From assembly GCA_963772365.1 (NCBI GenBank), contig CAVYXA010000001.1, positions 128,001 to 192,000 of the forward strand: a stretch of 64,000 nt of DNA, in the 5' to 3' direction. A model generated the notes under the pieces. That model was given only the letters and a program-made list of their open reading frames with translations. It was not told the origin of the DNA and did no database searches. The stretch is from an uncultured Verrucomicrobiae bacterium (GTDB lineage Bacteria; Verrucomicrobiota; Verrucomicrobiia; Chthoniobacterales; UBA10450). Shown in pieces: positions 30,001 to 38,925 of the stretch. The position numbers were made by a program, and so were the translations under genes. Position 1 is the stretch's first letter; each line of letters starts with the position of its first letter.

Positions 30001-30282
30001 CAGTTGATACGAAGCTGCGCCTTTCGGGCAGAGGTTCCCCTGGCTGATGGGCGATTCGGGATCGCCCTCGATTGCGATCAGTTTTCCGTTCTTATGATAA
30101 ATGAGCTGACCGCAGCCGACACCGCAGTAAGGACAAATCGACTTCGCGACCTTTGCATCATCGGTTCGCGCCCGCATCGCCCGCGTTTTCGGCGACATTG
30201 CTTCCAAGCCGGTGCCGTCCTTGCGTTCGCGAATCTGACGAACAAGGGGCCACTTCAAAATGAGACCGGTCAGACCAGACAT
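27041..30282 (-). CDS. Selenocysteine-containing formate dehydrogenase alpha subunit (FdnG/FdoG-like); in-frame UGA at 29716-29718, frameshift near 27320
   Basis: 'CPYCGVGCG..C' 4Fe-4S motif; 'SNQARI-UGA-HSSTVPGLG' continues in frame; 'ALRGHASIQG'; 'TTYRLTEHH'; C-terminus resumes in another frame as IPFHFG...ETKA. Confidence 0.92.
29686..29704 (-). promoter_or_regulatory. Bacterial SECIS hairpin
   Basis: On the minus strand: UGA, 11 nt, then GGUGCCC-GGUCU-GGGCACC. Confidence 0.85.
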
Positions 30283-30487
30283 CAGGAAATCTTATCGCAC
30301 GGGCACAAAACTTTGGTTGCGTACCTCTTCGGCAGTGTAGTGGCCGGCTCTAATTGAGCAATGCCAAACCCGGCGGGTGGCGAGCTACAACTGCGCTTGA
30401 TTTTCCGATTCAAAACTGGAAGTTCACAATTCAATTTTCGATTTGTGACTTCGGATTTCGGGAATTTAAATTTCGAATTTTAATCAA

Positions 30488-30560
30488 GCACCGTTAGCTC
30501 AATTGGCAGAGCAAGTGACTCTTAATCACTGGGTTGTAGGTTCGATTCCTACACGGTGCA
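30488..30560 (+). tRNA. tRNA-Lys (anticodon CTT), CCA not encoded
   Basis: Acceptor stem GCACCGT/ACGGTGC, D arm AGCTCAATTGGCAGAGC, anticodon arm AGTGA-CTCTTAA-TCACT, T loop GGTTCGATTCC. Confidence 0.95.
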
Positions 30561-30575
30561 AAAATTGTGCGGATG

Positions 30576-30998
30576 TCAGCTTTCTGGGCGCAGCACAATT
30601 TTCCCAAACGCGCCAGGCTGCATCACGTCTCGATGTGCCTGCGCCGCATCGACTAGCGGAAATTCCTTGCCGATTACAGGACGCAAAGTGCCATTCTCCA
30701 ATTCTGCCACGAGCGCCGCGTGAATAGTCGCCAACTCTTCCGGCGGCGTATTCGGCAAAATCATCCCGCGAACATCGACATCTCGCTGCATGGTGTCGCG
30801 TGGATCGATTTCCACCGGGCCGCGACTGCCGATCACCACGACGCGTCCATTCGTGGCGAGAATCGGAAGATCTTTCCCGAGATTCACGTTCGCGAGTAAT
30901 TCCACAATCACATCAACACCGCATCCATTGATGGCGTTCATGATTTGGTCGAAATGATCAGCCGCGCGATGATCGAACACTTCATGCGCGCCTTTCAC
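30576..30998 (-). pseudogene. C-terminal fragment of NADPH:quinone reductase (zeta-crystallin/MDR)
   Basis: 'GAHEVFDH', 'GVDVIVELL', 'GRVVVIG', 'AAQAH..GKIVL'; no N-terminal half in frame. Confidence 0.75.
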
Positions 30999-31215
30999 GC
31001 TATCGGCGTGAATCCGGTAGAGACTTACATTCGTTCGGGAAATTATGCGCGAAAGCCAGCGTTGCCGTACACACCGGGGAACGACGGCGCAGGCGTGATC
31101 GAGAAGGTTGGCGACGGTGTTTCGAAATTTGGCGCCGGCGATCGCGTTTACATAGCGGGATCAACCACCAGATCGTACGCCGAGTTTGCTTTGTGCAAAG
31201 TGGACCAGGTGCGAT
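30995..31215 (+). pseudogene. N-terminal (GroES-like) fragment of quinone reductase on the opposite strand
   Basis: '[44 protein letters not shown]'. Confidence 0.75.
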
Positions 31216-31452
31216 GTAGGACGTAAGATCGGGCAATTTGAGATCGACAATTACACGCCCCTGGTGGAGGCGGCGAAGAAGGATGAATTCACGCACGAGA
31301 GAGCGTTGTTGAAATCAATTCTCGACCAGGAAAAGCTAGCCCACGAATTGTTAGGAGCTCTCGCACGCGGCAAAGGTCCGCTTGATAAACTGGTGAAGAA
31401 AGTTGTCCTGGAACACGCCGGCGCAGATATCCCATCGACGAAAGCGGCATGA
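31215..31452 (+). pseudogene. 3' fragment of a possible ferritin-like (DUF892/YciF-like) gene
   Basis: '[29 protein letters not shown]'; no proper start. Confidence 0.35.
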
Positions 31453-31555
31453 CGGAGCGGCACACCAACCAGTGATCACAAAGTAAGGTTTGCGTCGCTG
31501 CAGCCCTGCTCCGACGGCCAAGTTCGTCTCTCCAAGCCTGAAGTTTAACGAACCA

Positions 31556-31855
31556 TCAGCCTCGCACGTAATAGCGACCGTGGATCCAATAACGATGCCC
31601 ATGACGGTGGCGCCAGTAGCCACGACGCCAAACGTGATATCTGCTCCCGACGTAGTAACCAGGTCCGTGTGTGTAGTAAGGCCGGTCGCCCACTGCGATA
31701 GACACATAACCAGTCGGGCCAGAGTAGGCGGGCGAACCGTAAGCAACTCCCGTTGCGCCGTATGGTCCATAGCAACCCTCGAGCCCAAGCCCAACTCCCA
31801 TCAGGAGCGCGACAGAAACCAAGCAAGCGATTTTGTTTTTCTTTGTTTCCCTCAT
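31556..31855 (-). CDS. Small Gly/Tyr/His/Arg-rich probable lipoprotein
   Basis: Hydrophobic leader with LEGC; 'WRRGYWRHRHGHRYWIHGRY'. Confidence 0.65.
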   Translation of the reverse strand: MRETKKNKIACLVSVALLMGVGLGLEGCYGPYGATGVAYGSPAYSGPTGYVSIAVGDRPYYTHGPGYYVGSRYHVWRRGYWRHRHGHRYWIHGRYYVRG

Positions 31856-31962
31856 TGCGTCCTCCCTCGATTGAATCTCTTTCTTTACTAGTTCGGATTT
31901 CGCAGCGTGTTTACGTGCGTGGAATTACCGCCGAGAAAGTGGAGCGGATCAGAGATTGGCGA

Positions 31963-32535
31963 CTACACAACAAACGGGATGATGCGTTTTGCCTGTCGTT
32001 GATACGCGGGATATTGATCGGGGAATTTCTTGAGCATCAGTTGCTCTTCGTCGCTCAGTTTTGTCCAAAAACCAACAAACACGAGAATGCCCCCGATCAA
32101 TCCCGCCAGATGACCGGATACAAGGATGGTTGCCCAAAACATCATCAGGAGACCGGTGTAAATTGGATGCCGCGCGACGCGGTAGGGGCCGCGCGTAACG
32201 AGCTCATGTCCTTCTTTCAGCGTAATCGTACCGCTCCAGTTGCGCCCCAGTGCCAGCCGCGCCCACAAGCAGAAGCTTAGCCCGGCGACGCACAGAAACG
32301 CTCCGGCCCAACCGATAGCGGCGGTGTGCGGAATAATGCGAACATTGAGCGGGTAACGGAGCCGATCACCTCGGAAAAGAAGAAGAGCCCCAATCGCGAT
32401 CGGTATCACGTAACGCAAGCGACTGACCCTGCTCTCGCGGTAAACCGTGTGCTTGGTAAAAATTGCGGCTAGCAGCCAAACCAAAATGAAAACCGTCCAA
32501 CAAACGTTAATAATGTCGATCTCTACCAAACCCAT
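31963..32535 (-). CDS. Isoprenylcysteine carboxylmethyltransferase family membrane protein
   Basis: 'LGRNWS', 'LVTRGPYRVARHPIYTG', 'EE..M...F..Y..Y'. Confidence 0.9.
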   Translation of the reverse strand: MGLVEIDIINVCWTVFILVWLLAAIFTKHTVYRESRVSRLRYVIPIAIGALLLFRGDRLRYPLNVRIIPHTAAIGWAGAFLCVAGLSFCLWARLALGRNWSGTITLKEGHELVTRGPYRVARHPIYTGLLMMFWATILVSGHLAGLIGGILVFVGFWTKLSDEEQLMLKKFPDQYPAYQRQAKRIIPFVV

Positions 32536-32697
32536 GCTGGAGCAAACATTATCGCGGATTCCATCGCATTACATCGACATCGTGAATCCTGAAGCGCAGC
32601 GTGGCATCTTCATCCTGATCGTGATCGAAAGCTACGGAATTTCATTGCATCGCTCTCTCATGTTGCGTGAAGGCGGTTTTGTCAGACACTTTGATTT

Positions 32698-33642
32698 ATG
32701 AAGAGCGATCACATTAATCGGCGGAAATTTGTGAGACTTGGCCTCGCAGGCACTGCGGGATTAGCCGTAAGCCGTAGGTTGTTCGGAATGGAGGGGACCA
32801 CCAGTATGAATACGACATTTAGAATCGGAAGCGATCTTGTGGTGAACCGGCTCGGGTTTGGCGCGATGCGAATAACAGGCGACGGAATCTGGGGTTGGCC
32901 GGACGATCGCGACAACGCGCTCAAAGTCCTGCGCCGGGCGATCGATCTCGGCGTCAATTTGATTGATACGGCTGATGCTTATGGTCCGGAGACAAGCGAG
33001 CTTCTCATTGCCGAAGCGCTTCATCCATATCCCAAAGGATTAGTAATAGCGACTAAGGGCGGTCTGACCCGACCCGGTCCGGGACAGTGGTCTCCGAATG
33101 GCAAGCCGCAGTATCTAAAACAATGCGTGGAAAAAAGTTTGAAGCGGCTTCGGTTGGAGCGAATCGATTTGTATCAGTTGCATCGGATCGATCCGAAGGT
33201 GCCGATGGCTGAGTCGTTAGGGGCACTCAAGGAGATGCAGGACGCAGGCAAGATCCGTCATCTTGGATTGTCTGAGGTGTCGCCAGAAGAGATCGCGGAG
33301 GCCCGAAAGATCGTGCCGATCGTGACGGTTCAAAATCAGTACAATATCGCGGACAGGAAATGGGACGATGTCGTTGGGTATTGCGAAAAGGAAGGACTTG
33401 GTTTCATGCCGTGGTCGCCCGTGGGCGGGAACCACGGGTTAAAATTAACGGAACTGCAAGCCGCCGCGAAAGCGCACAGTGCGACCGTTTATCAACTGGC
33501 GATTGCCTGGTTGTTGCAACGCTCTTCGGTCATGTTGCCAATTCCCGGGACGTCATCCGTTCCGCATCTGGAGGAAAACATGGCCGCGGCGAAACTGAAG
33601 TTGAGCGCAGAAGAATGGAAAAAGCTGGCTACGGAGGTTTGA
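32698..33642 (+). CDS. Aldo/keto reductase with Tat-like leader
   Basis: 'LGFGAMR', 'DTADAYG', 'IATKGG', 'DLYQLH', 'IPGTSS..HLEEN'; leader NRRKFVRLG. Confidence 0.9.
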   Translation: MKSDHINRRKFVRLGLAGTAGLAVSRRLFGMEGTTSMNTTFRIGSDLVVNRLGFGAMRITGDGIWGWPDDRDNALKVLRRAIDLGVNLIDTADAYGPETSELLIAEALHPYPKGLVIATKGGLTRPGPGQWSPNGKPQYLKQCVEKSLKRLRLERIDLYQLHRIDPKVPMAESLGALKEMQDAGKIRHLGLSEVSPEEIAEARKIVPIVTVQNQYNIADRKWDDVVGYCEKEGLGFMPWSPVGGNHGLKLTELQAAAKAHSATVYQLAIAWLLQRSSVMLPIPGTSSVPHLEENMAAAKLKLSAEEWKKLATEV

Positions 33643-33666
33643 CCGCAGCGTCGCCAGAAGGTTTCG

Positions 33667-35295
33667 CTAATCGACATACTTCTGCGCGATCGGCATGCGG
33701 CGGCCCAGACCGAAAGCGCGGCTGGTGACCTTCAACCCCGGCGGTGCTTGCTCGCGCTTGTATTCATTGCGATCGACGCGCCGTTGCACCCAGCGGACCG
33801 TTTTCTCGTCAAATCCGTGGGCGATAATGTCCCGCGCACTTAAGTTTTCTTCGATGTAGAGCCGCAGAATTTCGTCCAGGACGTCGTAGGGCGGAAGTGT
33901 ATCCTGATCGGTTTGATTCGGCTTCAACTCTGCGCTAGGCGGTTTCTCGATTGTCGATCTGGGAATGACTTCACGCTTGGCATTGATCCAGCGCGCCAAT
34001 TCATAAACCATGGTCTTGGGCACATCGCTGATTAGCGCCAACCCTCCCGCCATGTCGCCATAGATGGTGCAGTAGCCGACGGCGAGCTCGCTTTTGTTCC
34101 CGGTGGAAAGCACGAGATGGCCGAACTTGTTCGACAGAGCCATCAACGTCATCGCCCGCAAACGCGGTTGCATGTTTTCTTCGGTCTCATTCTCCGGCAT
34201 TCCTTTGAAGATTTCCTTGAATTGCGCCTTGAACACTTTGAACGCCTCAGTGATTGGCATCTCAAGAAATTTGATTCCAAGATTTCGGGCAAGCGAGCGC
34301 GCGTCGTCGATGCTACCCCGGGACGAGTACTGGCTCGGCATCGAAACACCGGTCACATTTTCTGGGCCCAAAGCATCGGCAGCGATAACCGCCGCGACTG
34401 CGGAATCGATTCCACCGCTCAAACCGAGTACGGCCGACTGGAAGTTGCATTTGTGAAAATAATCGCGAACGCCGAGCGACAGCGCGGCAAAAAGAACCTC
34501 CGGAATTGTTCCCTCGCGAAATTCCAGTGACGAAACTGTCTCAGTGTCGATGATCGATTCATCCTCAAGGAACCCGGCCAGCTGCGCGATCAGATTGCCG
34601 TTCGCATTCACTGCAATGGAATTGCCGTCAAAGATCAGCTGGTCGTTGCCGCCAACGGTGTTGCAATAGAAAATCGGGCATCGATACGTCCGGGCAAGTG
34701 ATGCGACCATTTCATATCGGATCGCCGGTTTGTGCAGTGTGAATGGCGACGCGCTTAAATTTACGATGATCTCGGCGCCCTGGTCGATGAGACCGCGAAC
34801 CGGTTCGACGTCATAAAGCGGCCGCGGAAGATAATGTTCTGTCCAGATATCCTCACAAATGGTCACGCCGATCTTCTTTCCAGAAACCTCGAATGCTTCG
34901 ACGCAGCTGGCCGGCTCGAAATAGCGGTCTTCATCGAAAACGTCGTAAGTAGGCAGGAGTGATTTGGAAGTTTTGCGAATCGGTCTGCCTTTCTCCAAAA
35001 TGGCGGCGGCATTGTGAAATGGTTTGCCTTTGCCGGGATTTCGATCGACGAAACCGACGAGTAACGGCGTGTGACTGACGCGAGAGTGGAGCTGATTGAC
35101 GATCTCGAGGTTTTGCGGAACGAACCGAGATTTGAAAACAAGGTCCTGCGGCGGATATCCGGGCACGACCAACTCCGGAGTGAGCACGAGCTCCGCGCCG
35201 GCTGCAACCAGCCGCTCGTAGGCGCGCACAATTAATTCAAAATTGCCCCTCAAATCTCCAACGGTGGGATTGAGTTGGGCAAAGCCGATCTTCAT
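33667..35295 (-). CDS. nadE: Glutamine-dependent NAD+ synthetase
   Basis: Nitrilase domain (PEL, K, ICED) plus 'LGLSGGIDS', 'TGNKSE', 'PPSAEL..Q.DQD.LP'. Confidence 0.95.
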   Translation of the reverse strand: MKIGFAQLNPTVGDLRGNFELIVRAYERLVAAGAELVLTPELVVPGYPPQDLVFKSRFVPQNLEIVNQLHSRVSHTPLLVGFVDRNPGKGKPFHNAAAILEKGRPIRKTSKSLLPTYDVFDEDRYFEPASCVEAFEVSGKKIGVTICEDIWTEHYLPRPLYDVEPVRGLIDQGAEIIVNLSASPFTLHKPAIRYEMVASLARTYRCPIFYCNTVGGNDQLIFDGNSIAVNANGNLIAQLAGFLEDESIIDTETVSSLEFREGTIPEVLFAALSLGVRDYFHKCNFQSAVLGLSGGIDSAVAAVIAADALGPENVTGVSMPSQYSSRGSIDDARSLARNLGIKFLEMPITEAFKVFKAQFKEIFKGMPENETEENMQPRLRAMTLMALSNKFGHLVLSTGNKSELAVGYCTIYGDMAGGLALISDVPKTMVYELARWINAKREVIPRSTIEKPPSAELKPNQTDQDTLPPYDVLDEILRLYIEENLSARDIIAHGFDEKTVRWVQRRVDRNEYKREQAPPGLKVTSRAFGLGRRMPIAQKYVD

Positions 35296-35586
35296 TCTGC
35301 TCGAGCCAGATTATGCGCAACCGAGCGGTCGGCAATGTCTTTCGGTCCAAACCGGCTTCGAAAAACACTCAGTTAACGATCTGGATCAGGGCTTCTCCGA
35401 TCCCAGGACCGCGTGGTGCTGATAGCCCTTATTCAGCGCGTCGTCCGCGCCTTCGATGAATGTTTTTGCCCATTCAATGACCGACGCCGCCAGAAATCCG
35501 GCAAAGGCACAGATGATGACTTTTTGAATAAAGGTTGAGTGCATCTGTCTTTTTGTGAGCAGGGGTGATGCCACCAGATGGCCTGC

Positions 35587-36261
35587 TTACCAAAATCCCC
35601 ATTGCTTGGTTTTCATGATCCAGAGACCGAGCAGCAGATTTGTGATTGCATGAGTCACAACACACGATGAAAGGCTTTTCGTCCGATACGCGGTGATATT
35701 GTAGATGGCACCGGTCAGCACTCCGGCCGGCCAATCCGCCATGGAATGGGAAAAACCGAAGACCAGCGCGACGATTGAGAAGGATGGCCACGAAAAAGTC
35801 CCGAACGGAACGCGGTCGAAATCTTCGTTAATGAAATATCGCAAAAGAAAGCCGCGCCAGAAGATTTCTTCGACCAATGGGACGACAACAACCAGCCGAA
35901 GAAACCGAAATGCGACCGTGACCCAATAGGCCGTCGGATTGGCTGCAAAAATCTCAGGGTTAAATCCCACTGCTCGCGCCTGGAATCCCAAGAATGTCTG
36001 AGGCGAAATCCAAAGCGCGAAAACCAGGATTCCGATCACGACAGTAAAAACGGGCGAGCGAACCCCGTGGAAAGAGTATTCGCGCCAAAACCACATTACG
36101 ATCAGCCCGCAGACGATCGTCTGAACCGGATAGATCCAGTAGGCAGCTGCGCTAAGGAAAAAATAATGACCGGCGCTCGGCAGAATGCTGGACAACCCGA
36201 GCAAAAGTACAAACACCACAAAGGGGATTGTGTAGGCGAGGAATTTTCGTTTGTTGGGCAT
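35587..36261 (-). CDS. CAAX prenyl protease-related (CPBP) membrane protein
   Basis: 'VVVPLVEEIFWRGFL', 'FGFSH', 'HAITN'. Confidence 0.85.
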   Translation of the reverse strand: MPNKRKFLAYTIPFVVFVLLLGLSSILPSAGHYFFLSAAAYWIYPVQTIVCGLIVMWFWREYSFHGVRSPVFTVVIGILVFALWISPQTFLGFQARAVGFNPEIFAANPTAYWVTVAFRFLRLVVVVPLVEEIFWRGFLLRYFINEDFDRVPFGTFSWPSFSIVALVFGFSHSMADWPAGVLTGAIYNITAYRTKSLSSCVVTHAITNLLLGLWIMKTKQWGFW

Positions 36262-36284
36262 ATTATTTGCAGCCCTTTCTTTTG

Positions 36285-36548
36285 ATGATTCCTGAGAGTT
36301 CCGGCAAGATTGAATCAGCAAAAAATGAAGCGGACGAGCTTAGTCGACTGTTGGAACTCGAGCTTCAGGAGAAGCGCGCAGCTTGGCAGCGGGCCAGCGG
36401 CCGCTATCACGCGATCAAAATGTTTAGCTTTCTTTTTTTGTTCCTGGTCGTCGTTGGTGCGATTGCCGCTTCTTTCATGCTCTTCACGCGCTTGAACGAG
36501 CGGCGTGGAGCTCCGTCGAACGCCGAGCCTGTTACGGAGACTCGGTGA
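36285..36548 (+). CDS. Small single-TM hypothetical protein
   Basis: 'LLELELQEKRAAW' followed by a hydrophobic helix. Confidence 0.6.
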   Translation: MIPESSGKIESAKNEADELSRLLELELQEKRAAWQRASGRYHAIKMFSFLFLFLVVVGAIAASFMLFTRLNERRGAPSNAEPVTETR

Positions 36549-36565
36549 GTGATCTGGACGTTGGA

Positions 36566-37880
36566 TCAGCGCTGATAAGTCACACGCCAGATGGTGCCAT
36601 TGCCATCCTCACTGAAAAGCAGACTGCCATCCCTGGCCACCGTTACCCCCACGGGTCTTCCCCAAACCGTCGAGTCCGGGTTTACGAACCCGGTGACGAA
36701 ATCCTCGTATTCGCCAAGCACTTTGCCGGTTGAGTGATCGAAAGGGACGCGCGCGATTTTGTAGCCCGTTCGCTTCATCCGGTTCCATGAACCATGGAAC
36801 GCCGCGAAAATATCGCCGCGATGTTCGGCGGGAAATTGGTCGCCGTTGTAGAAGCACAGGTTCAACGAAGCCGAATGCGCCTGGACCAGCACATCCGGCA
36901 CGATCACTTTGTCAGCAAGATCGACATGTTCTCCCTTGTGCCTGGGATCGACATGATTTCCGATGTAGAACCAGGGCAACCCATAAAATCCGCCCGGCTT
37001 CACGCTGCTGATGTAGTCCGGCGGCAAATCCGCGCCGAGCTCGTCTCGCTCGTTTGTGCTCATCCATAGCTCGTTCGTCCCCGGGCGAAATGTGATTCCG
37101 ACTGCATTCCGAATTCCCCATGCGTAAACCTTTCGATTGCTGCCGTCCGGATCGAACTCGAAGATTCGAGCACGATTCCCTTCCGCGCGATTATCGGAGT
37201 CATTCGAGCGCGAGCCGACAGACACATACATTTTTTTGCCATCAGGTGAGAAAACGATGTCGCGCGTCCAATGTCCGCCGCCGATCAAAAAGCCGCCGCC
37301 GCTGGAAAGTTTCGCACCCAATCTTTCGGGTTTGCCTCGCGCTTTCAGATCGCCATTACGATAAGGAAAACGGATTACTCCATTGGTATTCGCTACGTAA
37401 AGATACTGCGGATCTTTGCCGGGTGGATAAAAGGCAAGCCCGAATGGTTTGTTTAAATCTTCTTCCGTGAACAATTGGGTGATGTCAGGCTTATCGGAAT
37501 TTTTGCTGTCTCGCAGGACCTTGATCTGGTTCTCCCGGCTTTCGGTTACGAAAATGTCCCCGTTGGGGGCGGTGAGCAAAAACCGCGGATCATCGAAGCC
37601 GCTGGCATACAATTCCACCTGAAATCCGGCCGGCGTGCAAAGTTGCGCTCCCGCCGGGCGATGGACGACGTGCGGCGGATTGATGGCGAGCGCGTTTGAC
37701 CCGGGCGGAGGCAAATCATTGACTGTGATTTTCCGCAGGACGCCCGGCGCGTCGCTCTTCCAGTCTGCCATCGCGGCTTTTCCTGTCAGGACCTCGCCCG
37801 TCCTGCGCAAGGCTAACTGATAAGCTAATCCAAAAAGCGCAGAGGATCGCACCAATTAACGTCGCGGGTCGCGCGTGCAT
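36566..37880 (-). CDS. PQQ-dependent sugar/sorbosone dehydrogenase family protein; frameshift near 37800 separates the signal peptide
   Basis: 'HWTRDI.FSPDG..MYVSVGS', 'GIRNAVG', 'NERD', 'FHGSWNR', 'GRPVGV'; leader MHARPATLIGAILCAFWISLSVSLAQ is in another frame. Confidence 0.85.
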
Positions 37881-37897
37881 TTGGAGAGTTGACCCTG

Positions 37898-38767
37898 TTA
37901 CTCTCGAGCTACCGATCTTGGCGGCTTCGGCATCTGCGCGACGGAAATTGCTTCCTTTCGGGCATTGATCACGAACGTATTGTTGTCGCCGACCTGTGAC
38001 CACGGCCCGCGCGGCACGTCGCTGAAATCGACAAATTTCCAATCAGTCACGTCCGTGCCGTCCAGACCGAGAAAATCGCGCACTGCCGGCGAGACATCGA
38101 GACCCGCGCCTTTGTTAAGATTGGGTTTCGGGCGCTCGTTGCCGAACACGTATTGCCAATGATCGGTGCGGAATGGCCCGGCGTCCTCCCATTGCGCATA
38201 CGCCACTCGATTCCCTTTTCGAATCGCCACCCAATGTCCTTTGCAGGTCGAGGCACCCGGTCCCTGATACGCTTCCCGGAACCAGGGCACCACGCGAGCT
38301 GCTTCGGGCCGATGACCTTCTCGTGCCTTATCGTTATAGGGCAATGCACAGTAAAATGGATTTTGCTGCGGCGTAAAATTGGCCGGCATGTAATTGCTGC
38401 GGTGGGCCGGATTCGGATCGTCATAGCCGCCATAGCTCTTCGCCCAATTCTTGTCCCACGAGCTAGAGCGATTCGGAACGGGGTTATTCTCGCTCGGCTT
38501 TTCTCCAATCCAGAAAACTGTGGTTACAATATTTTTCTTCCACGGATAACGTTCTCCTCTGGTGCGCGGCGGGGGCGAGAGTTGACGCGGAGCGAAGACC
38601 AGCGAATCGATACTCACCACCGAATCGTCGGATATCCTGTCGGATTTTTTACTTAGCTTTACGTTTGCCGTTTCCGTTTTTGCCGGAGTCGAATGGGCGA
38701 ACAAAGAGGAGATCGAAGAGAGCAGTGCCGCGATCGTGTGAGTAATAGTTCCACGTTTGATTTTCAT
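37898..38767 (-). CDS. Secreted protein with probable double-psi beta-barrel (RlpA/expansin-like) domain
   Basis: Signal-like N-terminus; 'FYCALP', 'WVAIRKG..AYAQWEDAGP', 'GLDVSPAV'. Confidence 0.55.
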   Translation of the reverse strand: MKIKRGTITHTIAALLSSISSLFAHSTPAKTETANVKLSKKSDRISDDSVVSIDSLVFAPRQLSPPPRTRGERYPWKKNIVTTVFWIGEKPSENNPVPNRSSSWDKNWAKSYGGYDDPNPAHRSNYMPANFTPQQNPFYCALPYNDKAREGHRPEAARVVPWFREAYQGPGASTCKGHWVAIRKGNRVAYAQWEDAGPFRTDHWQYVFGNERPKPNLNKGAGLDVSPAVRDFLGLDGTDVTDWKFVDFSDVPRGPWSQVGDNNTFVINARKEAISVAQMPKPPRSVARE

Positions 38768-38925
38768 AACCACTTTCGTTCGGAAACGACTGATGCCGAA
38801 GGCGAACGCGCTTCTCTATTGGGTTCGTTCTGGGGATGAGTAATGCGCGTCCATCATCCAGAAATTTTTTCCGCGCACTGGCCTGACTAAAATCTGACAG
38901 GCCCGAAAATTGCCTGTTCAATTTA

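Noticed and set aside
29716..30282. 188-aa ORF as a separate gene or nonsense pseudogene
   Set aside because: Its stop is the Sec UGA at the catalytic position, followed by a SECIS hairpin and an in-frame continuation
30488..32600. Integrative element at tRNA-Lys
   Set aside because: No integrase and no duplicated tRNA 3' end (att site) found in the window
35386..35574. 62-aa ORF between nadE and the CAAX protease gene
   Set aside because: Short, has a non-ATG start and no recognisable motif; insufficient support
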